A stretch of DNA of 19,752 bases from Elusimicrobiota bacterium (lineage in GTDB: Bacteria; Elusimicrobiota; Elusimicrobia; UBA1565; JACRDR01), in the NCBI GenBank assembly GCA_041694815.1, contig JBGFSC010000044.1, positions 1 to 19,752 of the forward strand, given 5' to 3'. The first letter of the stretch is position 1, and each line of letters starts with the position of its first letter. The translations under genes were made by a program, and so were the position numbers. The notes below the pieces were generated by a model. That model did not search any database and was not told the origin of the DNA. It saw nothing but the letters and a program-made list of their open reading frames with translations. Shown here piece after piece: positions 1 to 8,756 of the stretch.

Positions 1-31
1 GTTGATGCAGGACTGTGTTATAATGAGGCAT
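1..31 (-). CDS. IS4-family (DUF4372-type) transposase, N-terminal 10 aa only
   Basis: Minus strand reads GGAGG-acgcct-ATG CCT CAT TAT AAC ACA GTC CTG CAT CAA (MPHYNTVLHQ), just inside the terminal IR. Confidence 0.7.
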   Translation of the reverse strand, partial: MPHYNTVLHQ

Positions 32-119
32 AGGCGTCCTCCGTCGGTAGATTGCTTCCTCGCAGAAACATTCTACCAATGACGAAGGGCGCCTACGCTA
101 TTTTAACCGGACAGGAGTG
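1..119 (-). mobile_element. Left (transposase 5') end of an IS4-family insertion sequence, cut by the window edge
   Basis: 102-119 TTTAACCGGACAGGAGTG is the exact reverse complement of 19634-19651. On the minus strand GGAGG precedes an ATG at 31 that opens MPHYNTVLHQ, resembling DUF4372/IS4 transposase N-termini. Confidence 0.8.
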
Positions 120-399
120 AGGAAAAATAGTCATTTACCGCTTTCATGACGGCATCCGTCTCCTTCCAGTCCGCGAAAGTTTGGGCGACCAGGAATACGG
201 TTCCGTTAGAATCGCGCAGCGGGAGTTGCGTGGGTTCGGGCGATTCCAAAACGCGCAACCTAAGGCCATCGCGTTCGAGCTCGCGGCCGGCCCAACCCCA
301 TGGATCTTCCTGAGCAAAATCAGGAGAGGCGGCTCTTAGACTTGAAGAAGAGAAAAGAAAGAGCCAAGCAGCGAATGGAAATATCCAGCGTCGTTGCAT
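103..399 (-). pseudogene. Secreted protein probably truncated by IS insertion
   Basis: MQRRWIFPFAAWLFLFSSSSLRAA looks like a signal peptide. The ORF runs into the IS end at 119 and stops at a TAA inside the terminal IR. Confidence 0.6.
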
Positions 400-524
400 G
401 CCTATAGCATAACGCGGAATCCCGAAGCATTCCAGGAAAGCTCGATTCATTTAAAAAATACAGCTTTTTACTTGCTTTTTTATTTATTGTGTCGATAGCT
501 TGATGGCGAACTGAAGCGTCCCCT

Positions 525-552
525 TTGTTCGACACCGTCAAATTGCTAAAAT
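525..552 (+). promoter_or_regulatory. Sigma70-like promoter of the tRNA
   Basis: TTGTTC-N16-TAAAAT with extended -10 (TGcTAAAAT), 9 nt upstream of the tRNA. Confidence 0.55.
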
Positions 553-561
553 ACCGCGCAT

Positions 562-633
562 TCCGGCGTAGCTCAATGGTGGAGCGGCCCGCTGTTAACG
601 GGAAGGTTGTAGGTTCGAGTCCTACCGCCGGAG
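562..633 (+). tRNA. tRNA-Asn (anticodon GTT)
   Basis: Acceptor stem TCCGGCG/CGCCGGA, D arm GCTC..GAGC, anticodon loop CTGTTAA (592-598), T arm GTAGG-TTCGAGT-CCTAC, discriminator G633. CCA is not encoded. Confidence 0.97.
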
Positions 634-658
634 CACCCTTTCTTCGGCTCAACGTTTT

Positions 659-925
659 TCACTCTGCCTCAACCACCCTTAACGACTCGATCACGGACGG
701 GTTTTTCGTCGGAAGGCAAACGACCCGATCGCGCCCGTAATCGCGCCGCAAAGCGCCCAGGACTTCGTCAAGCCACGAGGGGCCGACCGAGAGCACGCCG
801 TCAAAATCAAGCTCGATGCGCTCGCCGGCAGCCGGCCTGAGCCGCGCTTTCATCGCAAGCGCCGCCTCCCTTCCGGCGGGCCGCGAGGTGAGGATGCGGC
901 CGTACTGTTTTAATTTTATTCTCAT
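659..925 (-). CDS. STAS-like domain protein (DUF4325-like)
   Basis: 88 aa with LTSRPAGR..IELDFDGVLSVGPSWLDEVLG, the DUF4325/STAS-like pattern. Its ATG overlaps the upstream TGA (ATGA). Confidence 0.8.
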   Translation of the reverse strand: MRIKLKQYGRILTSRPAGREAALAMKARLRPAAGERIELDFDGVLSVGPSWLDEVLGALRRDYGRDRVVCLPTKNPSVIESLRVVEAE

Positions 926-1701
926 TTCAGCCTCCAAAGGAGCAAGGTGATCGTTCCCCCGGGCCGGGAGGGAAAGGGCTCAAGCAACGTCCGACAATCC
1001 GCGCCAAGGCGCCCGTATTCCACTAGGCCGGCGCCCGAACGGCAGGCCAGCCCGCGTCCTTGCCCTGCGAGGATGATATTTCTAACGAATTTCAGTCCAT
1101 TGCCCCTGTTCTCCGGAGCGCGTCCGGATAGTATCCTCTCGAAAGCTGTGACAAGGGCCGTTTGCTCGTCGGCAAGCGTGGGATCGGCCCTCCTCAACGA
1201 GCGCAATACCCCCTGCCCCCTATCCGCGATGCAAATCCATAATCTCCCTCCGGTGAACTGGGTCTCGAACCAACACCCGGGAATATCCCGCCAATTTCCA
1301 AGATTATGATCGAAGCTGTTATTCCCAACCTCCCCGGCCACTGCTATCGCAAGCGCTAGCTCGCTTCCCCTGAGCCCGACCTTGGAAAACGAGCCTAGAT
1401 GATTTAGCCGAGCCATGAACACGTCGCGCGTTTCGCATAAGAATTCGGCGTCGCCGACCGCGGGCTTGCCGGCGGAGCCCAACCAGCGCCGCACCCGCTC
1501 GAGTCGGGGAATGCCCGCGACGAAGTAACGGGTTTGCGGCCCTCGGCCGCGGCGCTCTAGATGTCCGGCTGCCAAAAGGGCTCTCAAGTGCCGATGGATC
1601 GCCTGAGGAGAAATACCGAGCTTTTTGACGAGCTCGATCGGCCGTGCGCCTTCTTCTTCGGTTATATGCCGCACTATCCGGGATCGAGTCTGTGTCCTCA
1701 T
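922..1701 (-). CDS. Winged-HTH fused to a GHKL/HATPase (RsbW-like) domain
   Basis: N-terminal ELVKKLGISPQAIHRHLRALLAAGHLERRGRGPQTRY (wHTH). N box EVGNNSFDH, G1 IADRGQGV, G2 RGNGLKFV. Confidence 0.8.
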   Translation of the reverse strand: MRTQTRSRIVRHITEEEGARPIELVKKLGISPQAIHRHLRALLAAGHLERRGRGPQTRYFVAGIPRLERVRRWLGSAGKPAVGDAEFLCETRDVFMARLNHLGSFSKVGLRGSELALAIAVAGEVGNNSFDHNLGNWRDIPGCWFETQFTGGRLWICIADRGQGVLRSLRRADPTLADEQTALVTAFERILSGRAPENRGNGLKFVRNIILAGQGRGLACRSGAGLVEYGRLGADCRTLLEPFPSRPGGTITLLLWRLK

Positions 1702-1737
1702 AGTTTATAGTTTACTGTACACTATAAACTATATCAA
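1700..1737 (-). promoter_or_regulatory. Promoter with palindromic operator overlapping the start of the wHTH-HATPase gene
   Basis: Perfect 12-bp IR ATAGTTTATAGT (1700-1711) / ACTATAAACTAT (1721-1732). Minus strand reads TTGATA-N17-TAAACT-N7-ATG. Confidence 0.75.
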
Positions 1738-1749
1738 TAGCTTTCGCTA

Positions 1750-1778
1750 TTGCCCTAACCGTCAGCGGGGGTTATAAT
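1750..1778 (+). promoter_or_regulatory. Sigma70-like promoter of the leader-cusCBA operon
   Basis: TTGCCC-N17-TATAAT, 5 nt before ATG 1784. Confidence 0.7.
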
Positions 1779-1783
1779 CAGGT

Positions 1784-2131
1784 ATGCGGTTTCAGGGCCT
1801 GGCAGGTCTATTATTGGCGTTCGCTATCGCCAGCTGCCCGATATTCGCCCCCTGGCTGAACTCCGCAGGAGGGCAGGGTCACTCCTGCTGCCCGGGTCAA
1901 ACGCAAGATGCGCCTTCCGACGGCGTTTCCTGCTGCCCCGCGGGTTCCTTGCCTAGCGTCGTCGCGGCCCCGGCCGTCTCCTTCGAGCCGGCCATCGGCG
2001 CTCCTCACGCTGCGCCTTCGATTTCATCCGCCCGCCGGGCCTTTGTCCACGAGAACTCCGGGCTTTCGCCTCCCGGATCGGCGCCGCCCGCAGCCGCTTC
2101 CTCCCCCCGCGCCCCGCCCATCCTCGCCTAG
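1784..2131 (+). CDS. Cys-rich leader protein with C-terminal RAPP motif (DUF2946/CruR-like)
   Basis: Hydrophobic N-terminus, HSCC and SCC motifs, Pro/Ala/Ser linker, ends SPRAPPILA. Directly upstream of a metal efflux operon. Confidence 0.75.
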   Translation: MRFQGLAGLLLAFAIASCPIFAPWLNSAGGQGHSCCPGQTQDAPSDGVSCCPAGSLPSVVAAPAVSFEPAIGAPHAAPSISSARRAFVHENSGLSPPGSAPPAAASSPRAPPILA

Positions 2132-2176
2132 CCGCGCCCCGCGGCTGCCGTAGCCGTTCCATCGCGAGGAGGTCTT

Positions 2177-3451
2177 ATGAACGCATTCAGTCTTGTCCTG
2201 TCGTTTTACTGCGCTTTTTTCCCGCCGGCGTCGGGCGCCGCCGAGCCTACTCTTTCCTTGGCCGCCGTGCTCGAGGAGGCCCGCCGGAGCAATCCCGAAA
2301 TCCAGGCCGCACGGAGCCAATGGCTGGGGGCCCGGGCGGCCGTGCTGCCGGCCAAAACCTGGGAGCCTCCCCAGATCGGATACGAATCCTGGGGGTTCAC
2401 GGGCACGAGGGTCACGTCCGCGCCGGAGAAATGGTACGACATCAGCCAGGAAATCCCATTCCCAGGCAAACTGCATTATAAAGGAAAGGCTGCCGATCAC
2501 GAGTCGCGCCGGCTTGAGGAACTCTACCGCGCCACGGAGCTCGACGTGCTAGCCAAGGTCCGCGCGGCCTACTACCAGCTGATGCTCTCGCAGAGGGCGG
2601 CGCGTCTCATCCAGGAAAACGTGGAGGTCATGCGCCGCTTCGCCAAGACGGCGGAGGCCAAGTATTCGGTGGGCAAGGCCTCCCAGGCCGACGCCCTGAG
2701 GGCCCAGGTCGAGCTCGGCAAGATGCTGAGCATGCTCGTCGCGGTGCAGCAGGAGGGAGAGAGCGACCGGGCCCTACTCAATGCCCTGCTCGACAGGGAG
2801 GCCGAGTCACCGCTGGAAACGGCGGAGGAGCCTCCCGTCGCTCCGCTCGCCTACGCCTACAAGGAGCTCGAGGAGATCGCCCTCGCCGAGCGCCCGGAGG
2901 TGCACGCGGCCTCGCATCATGTCTCCCATATGCGGGCGAACCTTGCCGCCTCCCGCAGCGAGGCCCTCCCCGACTTTTCCCTCCAGTACACACGCAGGAC
3001 CCGGCAGGGCCTGCCCGCCGACTCCGTGGGAGTGGTCAAGATGAGCCTGCCCTTCCTCTACTTCTGGAGGCAGGGGGCGCGAGTCAAATCCGCGCGCTTC
3101 GAGCTCGAGCACGCCCGCGCGATGCGCCGCCAAGCCCAGGCCCTCACCCGGGCCGAGATCAAACGGTATTACTCCAAGGTCGAGGCCGGCCGCCGGCTCA
3201 TCGAGCTATACAAGACCAGCGTGCTGCCGCAATCCGAGCAGGCGGTCAAGGTGTCTGAATCCGCCTACCAGACCGACCGGATCGACTTTCTAAATTTGCT
3301 CGACAGCCAGCGCGCCCTGCTCGATTTCCGGCTTGAATACTACCAGACCGTAGCCCGATACGGGGAGAACCTGGCGGAACTTGAGAGGCGCGTGGGCCGG
3401 GATCTTTCCGGGCCGAAGAGGCCTATTCGGACGGAGGAACAACATGATTAA
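2177..3451 (+). CDS. TolC-family outer membrane efflux protein (CusC/CzcC-like)
   Basis: SD GAGGAGG, signal peptide, OEP repeats (ARRSNPEIQAAR, RPEVHAA, DFLNLLDSQR). First gene of a tripartite RND operon. Confidence 0.9.
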   Translation: MNAFSLVLSFYCAFFPPASGAAEPTLSLAAVLEEARRSNPEIQAARSQWLGARAAVLPAKTWEPPQIGYESWGFTGTRVTSAPEKWYDISQEIPFPGKLHYKGKAADHESRRLEELYRATELDVLAKVRAAYYQLMLSQRAARLIQENVEVMRRFAKTAEAKYSVGKASQADALRAQVELGKMLSMLVAVQQEGESDRALLNALLDREAESPLETAEEPPVAPLAYAYKELEEIALAERPEVHAASHHVSHMRANLAASRSEALPDFSLQYTRRTRQGLPADSVGVVKMSLPFLYFWRQGARVKSARFELEHARAMRRQAQALTRAEIKRYYSKVEAGRRLIELYKTSVLPQSEQAVKVSESAYQTDRIDFLNLLDSQRALLDFRLEYYQTVARYGENLAELERRVGRDLSGPKRPIRTEEQHD

Positions 3452-4583
3452 CCGCCGCTGGATCGTCTTTGCCTTGGGGTTGATCGCCGGTCTCGCCGCG
3501 GCGCTCGTGCTCGCCAGGCTCGGTAGCCATCGCCATGACGCCGAAACACAGGTTCCTCGGGCCGCCAGCAAGGAAACTCTCTATTTCTGCCCGATGCACC
3601 CCTCCGTCGTCTCCAGCAAGCCCGAGAATTGCCCGGTCTGCGGCATGCGCCTGCAAAGGATGGACGATGCGCCGGAGGAAGGGGGCGGGCGCGAGGCCGA
3701 AGAGAAGGCGGAAATGCCGGTCTCCGGGCACGCCGTCGTCAAGCTGCCGAAGTGGCGGCGGCAGCTCATCGGCGTCACGACCACCCAGGCCGCCCGCCGG
3801 CCGCTTAAGGCTTCGATCCGCACCGTAGGCAAGATCGCCTACGACCCCGAACTTTATACGGCGCAGACGGAATACCGGGAAGCGTTGATTTCCCGGGAGA
3901 AGGTCAAGGACAGCCCTTGGCCGGACGTGCACGAGCGCGCCAACGCCTTGGTCAACGCCTCCAGGCTCAAGCTTAAGCTGATGGGGTTGAGCGAGGATCA
4001 GATCAACGCCCTCGAGACTGAAAAGTCCTCGACCAATCTCATCATCGGGCAGGCGGGCGGGACCCTGTGGGTCTATGCCGATATCTACGAGTACGACCTG
4101 GGCCTGGTGGCGGCCGGCCAGCGCGTGGAGGCGACGCTGCCAGCCTTCCCGGGACGCGCGTTCCATGGCGTGATCAAGGCTATCGACCCCGTCCTCAACC
4201 CGAATACCCGGACGGTGCGCGTACGGGCGGAGATCCCGAACGAAAAGGGGCTGCTCAAGCCAGAGATGTTCGTAAATGTGTTGATCCGGGTCCCGCTCGG
4301 GCGTGAACTCAGCGTTCCCGTAGACGCCGTCTTTGATACGGGGCAGCGCCAGCTGGTGTTCGTCGAAGTCGCCGACGGAGAGTTCGAGCCGCGCGAGGTG
4401 AAGGTCGGCCGAACGGCCGAGGGGCACACCGAGGTCCTTTCCGGCCTTAAGGACGGGGAGAAGGTCGTGACCCAGGCGAACTTCCTCATGGATTCCGAGT
4501 CCAAGCTGCGGGCGACCGGGGCCGCCGCCAGCCAGGCCGGGCACAAAGGGATGAGCGGCACGGCGGAAAGGGAGAAGCCGTGA
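3444..4583 (+). CDS. cusB: RND periplasmic adaptor with heavy-metal-binding domain (CusB-like)
   Basis: SD GGAGG before ATG 3444. N-terminal TM, YFCPMHP..CPVCGMRL metal-binding domain, MFP motifs TRTVRVR, LKPEMF, GLKDGEKVV. Confidence 0.9.
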   Translation: MINRRWIVFALGLIAGLAAALVLARLGSHRHDAETQVPRAASKETLYFCPMHPSVVSSKPENCPVCGMRLQRMDDAPEEGGGREAEEKAEMPVSGHAVVKLPKWRRQLIGVTTTQAARRPLKASIRTVGKIAYDPELYTAQTEYREALISREKVKDSPWPDVHERANALVNASRLKLKLMGLSEDQINALETEKSSTNLIIGQAGGTLWVYADIYEYDLGLVAAGQRVEATLPAFPGRAFHGVIKAIDPVLNPNTRTVRVRAEIPNEKGLLKPEMFVNVLIRVPLGRELSVPVDAVFDTGQRQLVFVEVADGEFEPREVKVGRTAEGHTEVLSGLKDGEKVVTQANFLMDSESKLRATGAAASQAGHKGMSGTAEREKP

Positions 4584-7500
4584 TCGAGAAGATCATCGAG
4601 TTTTCCGCCCGCCATAAGTTCCTGGTCTTGCTCCTGAGCTTGGTCGCGGTATCGGCCGCCTTATGGACCGCCAAGAACGTTCCCCTCGACGCCATCCCCG
4701 ACCTCTCCGATACGCAGGTCATCATCTATTCCAAGTGGGACCGCAGCCCCGACATCATCGAGGATCAGGTCACGTACCCGATCGTCACGGCCATGCTGGG
4801 GGCTCCCGGCATCAAGCTCATCCGCGGCTTCTCGGACTTCGGCTATTCCTACGTCTACGTGATCTTCAAAGACGGCACGGATATCTATTGGGCGCGCAGC
4901 CGCACGCTCGAGTACTTAAGCAAGATACAGGGGCAGCTTCCCGAAGGCGTCAAGACCGAGATGGGCCCCGACGCGACGAGCGTCGGCTGGGTCTACCAGT
5001 ACGCGGTCACCGACGAATCGGGCCGCCACAACCTGGCCCAATTGCGCAGCCTGCAGGATTGGTACTTGCGTTATCAGCTCCAAGCCGTGCCCGGCGTCGC
5101 CGAGGTGGCATCGGTGGGCGGCTTCGTCAAGCAGTACCAGGTGAACGTCGATCCCAACCTCCTGCGCGCCTATAACGTGCCTTTAAGCCGGGTGACCCAA
5201 GCCGTGCGCGAGGGCAACCAAGAGACCGGCGGCCGTGTGTTGGAGTTCGCCAACGCCGAGTACATGGTGCGCGGCCGGGGCTACGCCAAATCCGTGGAGG
5301 ACTTCGAGAAAATCGTCGTGGGCGTGGACCACAAGTCAGGCACGCCGATCCTCCTCAAGCATGTCGCCAAGGTACAGCTCGGCCCCGACATGCGCCGCGG
5401 CGTCGCCGACCTTAACGGACAAGGCGACGTGGTCGGCGGCGTCGTCATCATGCGGCAGGGCGAGAATGCCCTTAACGTCATCAAGGCCGTCAAGGCCAAG
5501 CTGGCGGAGATCGCGCCCAGTATCCCGGAGGGCGTCAAGATCGTCCCCGTCTACGACCGCTCCGAGCTCATCACACGCGCGATCGAGACCCTGCAACGCA
5601 CCCTCAAAGAGGAAATCATCATCGTCAGCATCGTCATCCTGGTCTTCCTGTGGCATATCCCCTCGGCCCTGGTCCCGATACTGACGATTCCCGTCTCGGT
5701 GCTCTTGGCCTTCATCCCCTTCTATTTCCTCGGCTTTACGGCGAACATCATGTCGCTGGCCGGCATCGCCATCTCGATCGGCGTGCTGGTGGACGGGGCC
5801 ATCATCGAGGTGGAAAACGCCTACAAAAAGCTCCAACTCTGGGACGAGCAGGGGCGCAAGGACGATTTCCACAAGGTCCGGCTGTCGGCGCTCAAGGAAG
5901 TCGGCCCTTCCGTCTTTTTCTCGCTGCTCGTCGTCGCGGTCTCCTTCATGCCGGTGTTTACCCTCATCGACCAGGAAGGCCGGCTGTTTAAGCCTCTCGC
6001 CTACTCGAAGACTCTGGCCCTGGCCATCGCCTCCGTGCTGGCCATCACGCTGGACCCGGCCATGCGCATGCTTTTCACCCGCATGGACTATGTCCATTTC
6101 AAGCCCGCCTGGGCGTCTTGGCTAGTCAACACCGTCGCCGTCGGGAAGTACTACCCGGAGGAGCGGCACCCGATCAGCCGGGCGCTTTTTGAGGCCTACG
6201 AACCGGCGTGCCGATGGGCCCTGGAGCATCGAAAGACGGTACTCGCCGCCGCCCTCGCGCTCATGGCGTCCACCGTGCCGGTCTACCTGCGCCTGGGATC
6301 GGAATTCATGCCCACGCTCAACGAAGGCAGCATCCTGTACATGCCAACGACGCTGCCCGGAATGTCGGTGAGCGAGGCTCAGCGCATCCTCCAGATCCAG
6401 GACAAGGTCCTCAAGGAGTTCCCCGAGGTGGAAAGCGTTTTCGGCAAAGCCGGGCGAGCTGAGACTTCCACGGACCCGGCCCCTTTTTCGATGATCGAGA
6501 CCACCATCATACTCAAACCCCCCTCCCAGTGGCCCAGGAAGAAATCCATGGAGCAACTCATCGAGGAGATGGACGCCAAGCTCCGTTTCCCCGGCATCCC
6601 GAACATCTGGACCATGCCGATCAAAAATCGCATCGACATGCTCTCCACCGGCGTGCGCACGCCGATCGGCATCAAGGTGTTCGGCCCCGACATCAAGCGG
6701 ATCGAAGAGATCGGCTCTCGGATCGAGCAAGCGATCCGGGGCGTGCGGGGCACCAGGAACGTATACGCGGAACGGGTCGCCGGCGGCTATTTCGTCGACT
6801 TCGCGCTCAAGCGCGAGGGGCTCGCGCGCTACGGCCTGAGCATCCAGGACGCCCAGAGTATCGTCTCCTCGGCGATCGGCGGGGAGAACGTCACGACGAC
6901 CGTGGAGGGGCGCGAGCGCTATCCCGTGAACGTCCGCTATGCCCGCGAGTTCCGAGACAATCTCGAGGCGCTCAAGCGCGTCATCGTCCCCACGGCCGCG
7001 GGCTCGCACATACCGCTCGCCGATCTCGCCGACATTAAGATAGTGGAAGGGCCCGCGATGGTGCGCAATGAGAACGGGCAGCTCGTGGGCTATGTCTACG
7101 TCGACGTCGGGGGTCGCGACGTCGGCAGCTACGTCGAGGAGGCCAAAAGGTTGATCGACGGGAAGATCAAGCTTCCCCCCGGCTATACCCTCGCCTGGAG
7201 CGGCCAATACGAGAACATGGCGCGGGTCCAAGATAGGCTCAAGCTCGTCATCCCCCTGACGATCTTCCTGATCGTGGCCCTGCTCTACATGAACACCGGC
7301 TCGCTCGTAAAGACGGGCATCGTCATGCTGGCCGTGCCGTTCTCGCTCATCGGAGCCGTTTGGCTGCTCTACGCGCTCGGCTACAACCTCTCCATCGCGG
7401 TCTGGGTGGGGATGATCGCCTTGATGGGCCTCGACGCCGAGACCGGGATCTTCATGCTGTTATTCTTGGACCTCGCCTACGAGGAGCGCGTCAAGGCCGG

Positions 7501-7816
7501 CAGGATGAGGACCTATCAGGACTTAGAGGAGGCCATCCTGCACGGCGCGGTCCGGCGCATACGCCCGAAGATGATGACGGTGACGGCGATGTTCATGGGC
7601 CTTTTGCCGGCCATGTGGTCTACCGGCGCGGGAGCCGACGTCATGAAGCGGATCGCGGCTCCCATGGTGGGCGGGATCTTTACGTCCTTCTTGCTCGAGC
7701 TGCTGGTTTATCCCGTGCTCTATTCGATTTGGAAGTGGCGCTTCGAGATGAAGGGCGGGACGGTCGTGCCTCAGCACCATGAGGTCGTCCGTGCGGGGCG
7801 CGCGGTCAAAGATTGA
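4580..7816 (+). CDS. cusA: CusA/CzcA-family heavy-metal RND permease, Cu(I)/Ag(I) type
   Basis: 1078 aa with LDAIPDLSDTQVII and GPDATSVGWVYQY. Met residues in ILYMPTT, PAPFSMIET and NRIDMLSTG correspond to the CusA Cu-binding Met triad. GTG start overlaps the cusB stop. Confidence 0.95.
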   Translation: MIEKIIEFSARHKFLVLLLSLVAVSAALWTAKNVPLDAIPDLSDTQVIIYSKWDRSPDIIEDQVTYPIVTAMLGAPGIKLIRGFSDFGYSYVYVIFKDGTDIYWARSRTLEYLSKIQGQLPEGVKTEMGPDATSVGWVYQYAVTDESGRHNLAQLRSLQDWYLRYQLQAVPGVAEVASVGGFVKQYQVNVDPNLLRAYNVPLSRVTQAVREGNQETGGRVLEFANAEYMVRGRGYAKSVEDFEKIVVGVDHKSGTPILLKHVAKVQLGPDMRRGVADLNGQGDVVGGVVIMRQGENALNVIKAVKAKLAEIAPSIPEGVKIVPVYDRSELITRAIETLQRTLKEEIIIVSIVILVFLWHIPSALVPILTIPVSVLLAFIPFYFLGFTANIMSLAGIAISIGVLVDGAIIEVENAYKKLQLWDEQGRKDDFHKVRLSALKEVGPSVFFSLLVVAVSFMPVFTLIDQEGRLFKPLAYSKTLALAIASVLAITLDPAMRMLFTRMDYVHFKPAWASWLVNTVAVGKYYPEERHPISRALFEAYEPACRWALEHRKTVLAAALALMASTVPVYLRLGSEFMPTLNEGSILYMPTTLPGMSVSEAQRILQIQDKVLKEFPEVESVFGKAGRAETSTDPAPFSMIETTIILKPPSQWPRKKSMEQLIEEMDAKLRFPGIPNIWTMPIKNRIDMLSTGVRTPIGIKVFGPDIKRIEEIGSRIEQAIRGVRGTRNVYAERVAGGYFVDFALKREGLARYGLSIQDAQSIVSSAIGGENVTTTVEGRERYPVNVRYAREFRDNLEALKRVIVPTAAGSHIPLADLADIKIVEGPAMVRNENGQLVGYVYVDVGGRDVGSYVEEAKRLIDGKIKLPPGYTLAWSGQYENMARVQDRLKLVIPLTIFLIVALLYMNTGSLVKTGIVMLAVPFSLIGAVWLLYALGYNLSIAVWVGMIALMGLDAETGIFMLLFLDLAYEERVKAGRMRTYQDLEEAILHGAVRRIRPKMMTVTAMFMGLLPAMWSTGAGADVMKRIAAPMVGGIFTSFLLELLVYPVLYSIWKWRFEMKGGTVVPQHHEVVRAGRAVKD

Positions 7817-7861
7817 GAGGAGATCACGAGGCCTGCCAAGATTTTTTGTATAACGTTCCCA

Positions 7862-8755
7862 GTGACCTGGGCCTCGACGTTGATCTTGCTGGTCGTCGCC
7901 GCCCGAGCGGCTACCCCTCCACGCCCTGCCCCCCCAGAGGCCGCCCGGGAGATACTCGCCGAACGGGCGAGGACCGAAGCATGGCTTAAGAGCGCCCCCG
8001 ATTCTTATCTCGCCGCGGTCGCACGCAAGGATTTCGGGGGCAAAAAGACCCTCACCGTCGGCCGAGCCCCGGACAACGACATCCGCCTCGAGGACGAGGG
8101 GATCGAGTCCCATCATCTGCGAGTTTCGGTCCAAGGGGATCGATTCCTCGTGGAGTCCGCGGGCGGCCAGGCCCGCTTCCTGATCCAGGGCCGCTCCGAG
8201 CGTCGCGCCCTGCTGGAGCCCGGAAAGATTTCCGTGTCGCGCTTCATCCTGCGCTTGTCGCATCAGAATTTTCCCGCGATCATCGTCTTCGACCCGAAGA
8301 GCCCGCGGTTTAAGCGCTACAAGGGCCTGCGCTATTTCCCGGTCGACTTGTCGTACCGCTACGTCCTCCCTCTCCTGCCGCCCCCCTCCCGCGAGGAGGC
8401 CGTGATCCTCTCCATCCGAGGCCATCAGCGCCGGGCGATCAAGGCGGGCCGCTTCGAATTCGAGGTCGCCGGGCGGCCCTGCCGCCTGGAAGCCTACCGG
8501 CTGCTGGAGCCCGGGGTGGGAGAGAACGACCTGAGCCTGCTCTTTCGCGACGCCACCACGGGCCGGGAGACCTACAAGCTGGGGCGATACCTCGACCCCA
8601 AGCGCCTGCCGGACGGGAAATTCCTGCTGGACTTCAACGAGGCTTACAATCCAGCCTGCGCCTTCAGCCCGCATTACAATTGCCCGATCCCGCCCACCGA
8701 GAACACGCTCTCGGTCGCCATCCGCGCCGGGGAGAAGGACCCGCGATACCACTGA
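7862..8755 (+). CDS. DUF1684-family protein, long secreted form with FHA-like N-terminal segment
   Basis: C-terminal LDFNEAYNPACAFSPHYNCPIPPTENTL..IRAGEK signature. LTVGRAPDNDIRL..HHLRV resembles FHA. Signal peptide-like start. Confidence 0.88.
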   Translation: MTWASTLILLVVAARAATPPRPAPPEAAREILAERARTEAWLKSAPDSYLAAVARKDFGGKKTLTVGRAPDNDIRLEDEGIESHHLRVSVQGDRFLVESAGGQARFLIQGRSERRALLEPGKISVSRFILRLSHQNFPAIIVFDPKSPRFKRYKGLRYFPVDLSYRYVLPLLPPPSREEAVILSIRGHQRRAIKAGRFEFEVAGRPCRLEAYRLLEPGVGENDLSLLFRDATTGRETYKLGRYLDPKRLPDGKFLLDFNEAYNPACAFSPHYNCPIPPTENTLSVAIRAGEKDPRYH

Positions 8756-8756
8756 G

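Noticed and set aside
610..640. tRNA-Asn 3' end as the attachment site of an integrated island
   Set aside because: I found no integrase and no second copy of the tRNA 3' end in the window.
320..740. ORFs 320-652(-) and 525-740(+)
   Set aside because: Both overlap the tRNA and its promoter; spurious translations.
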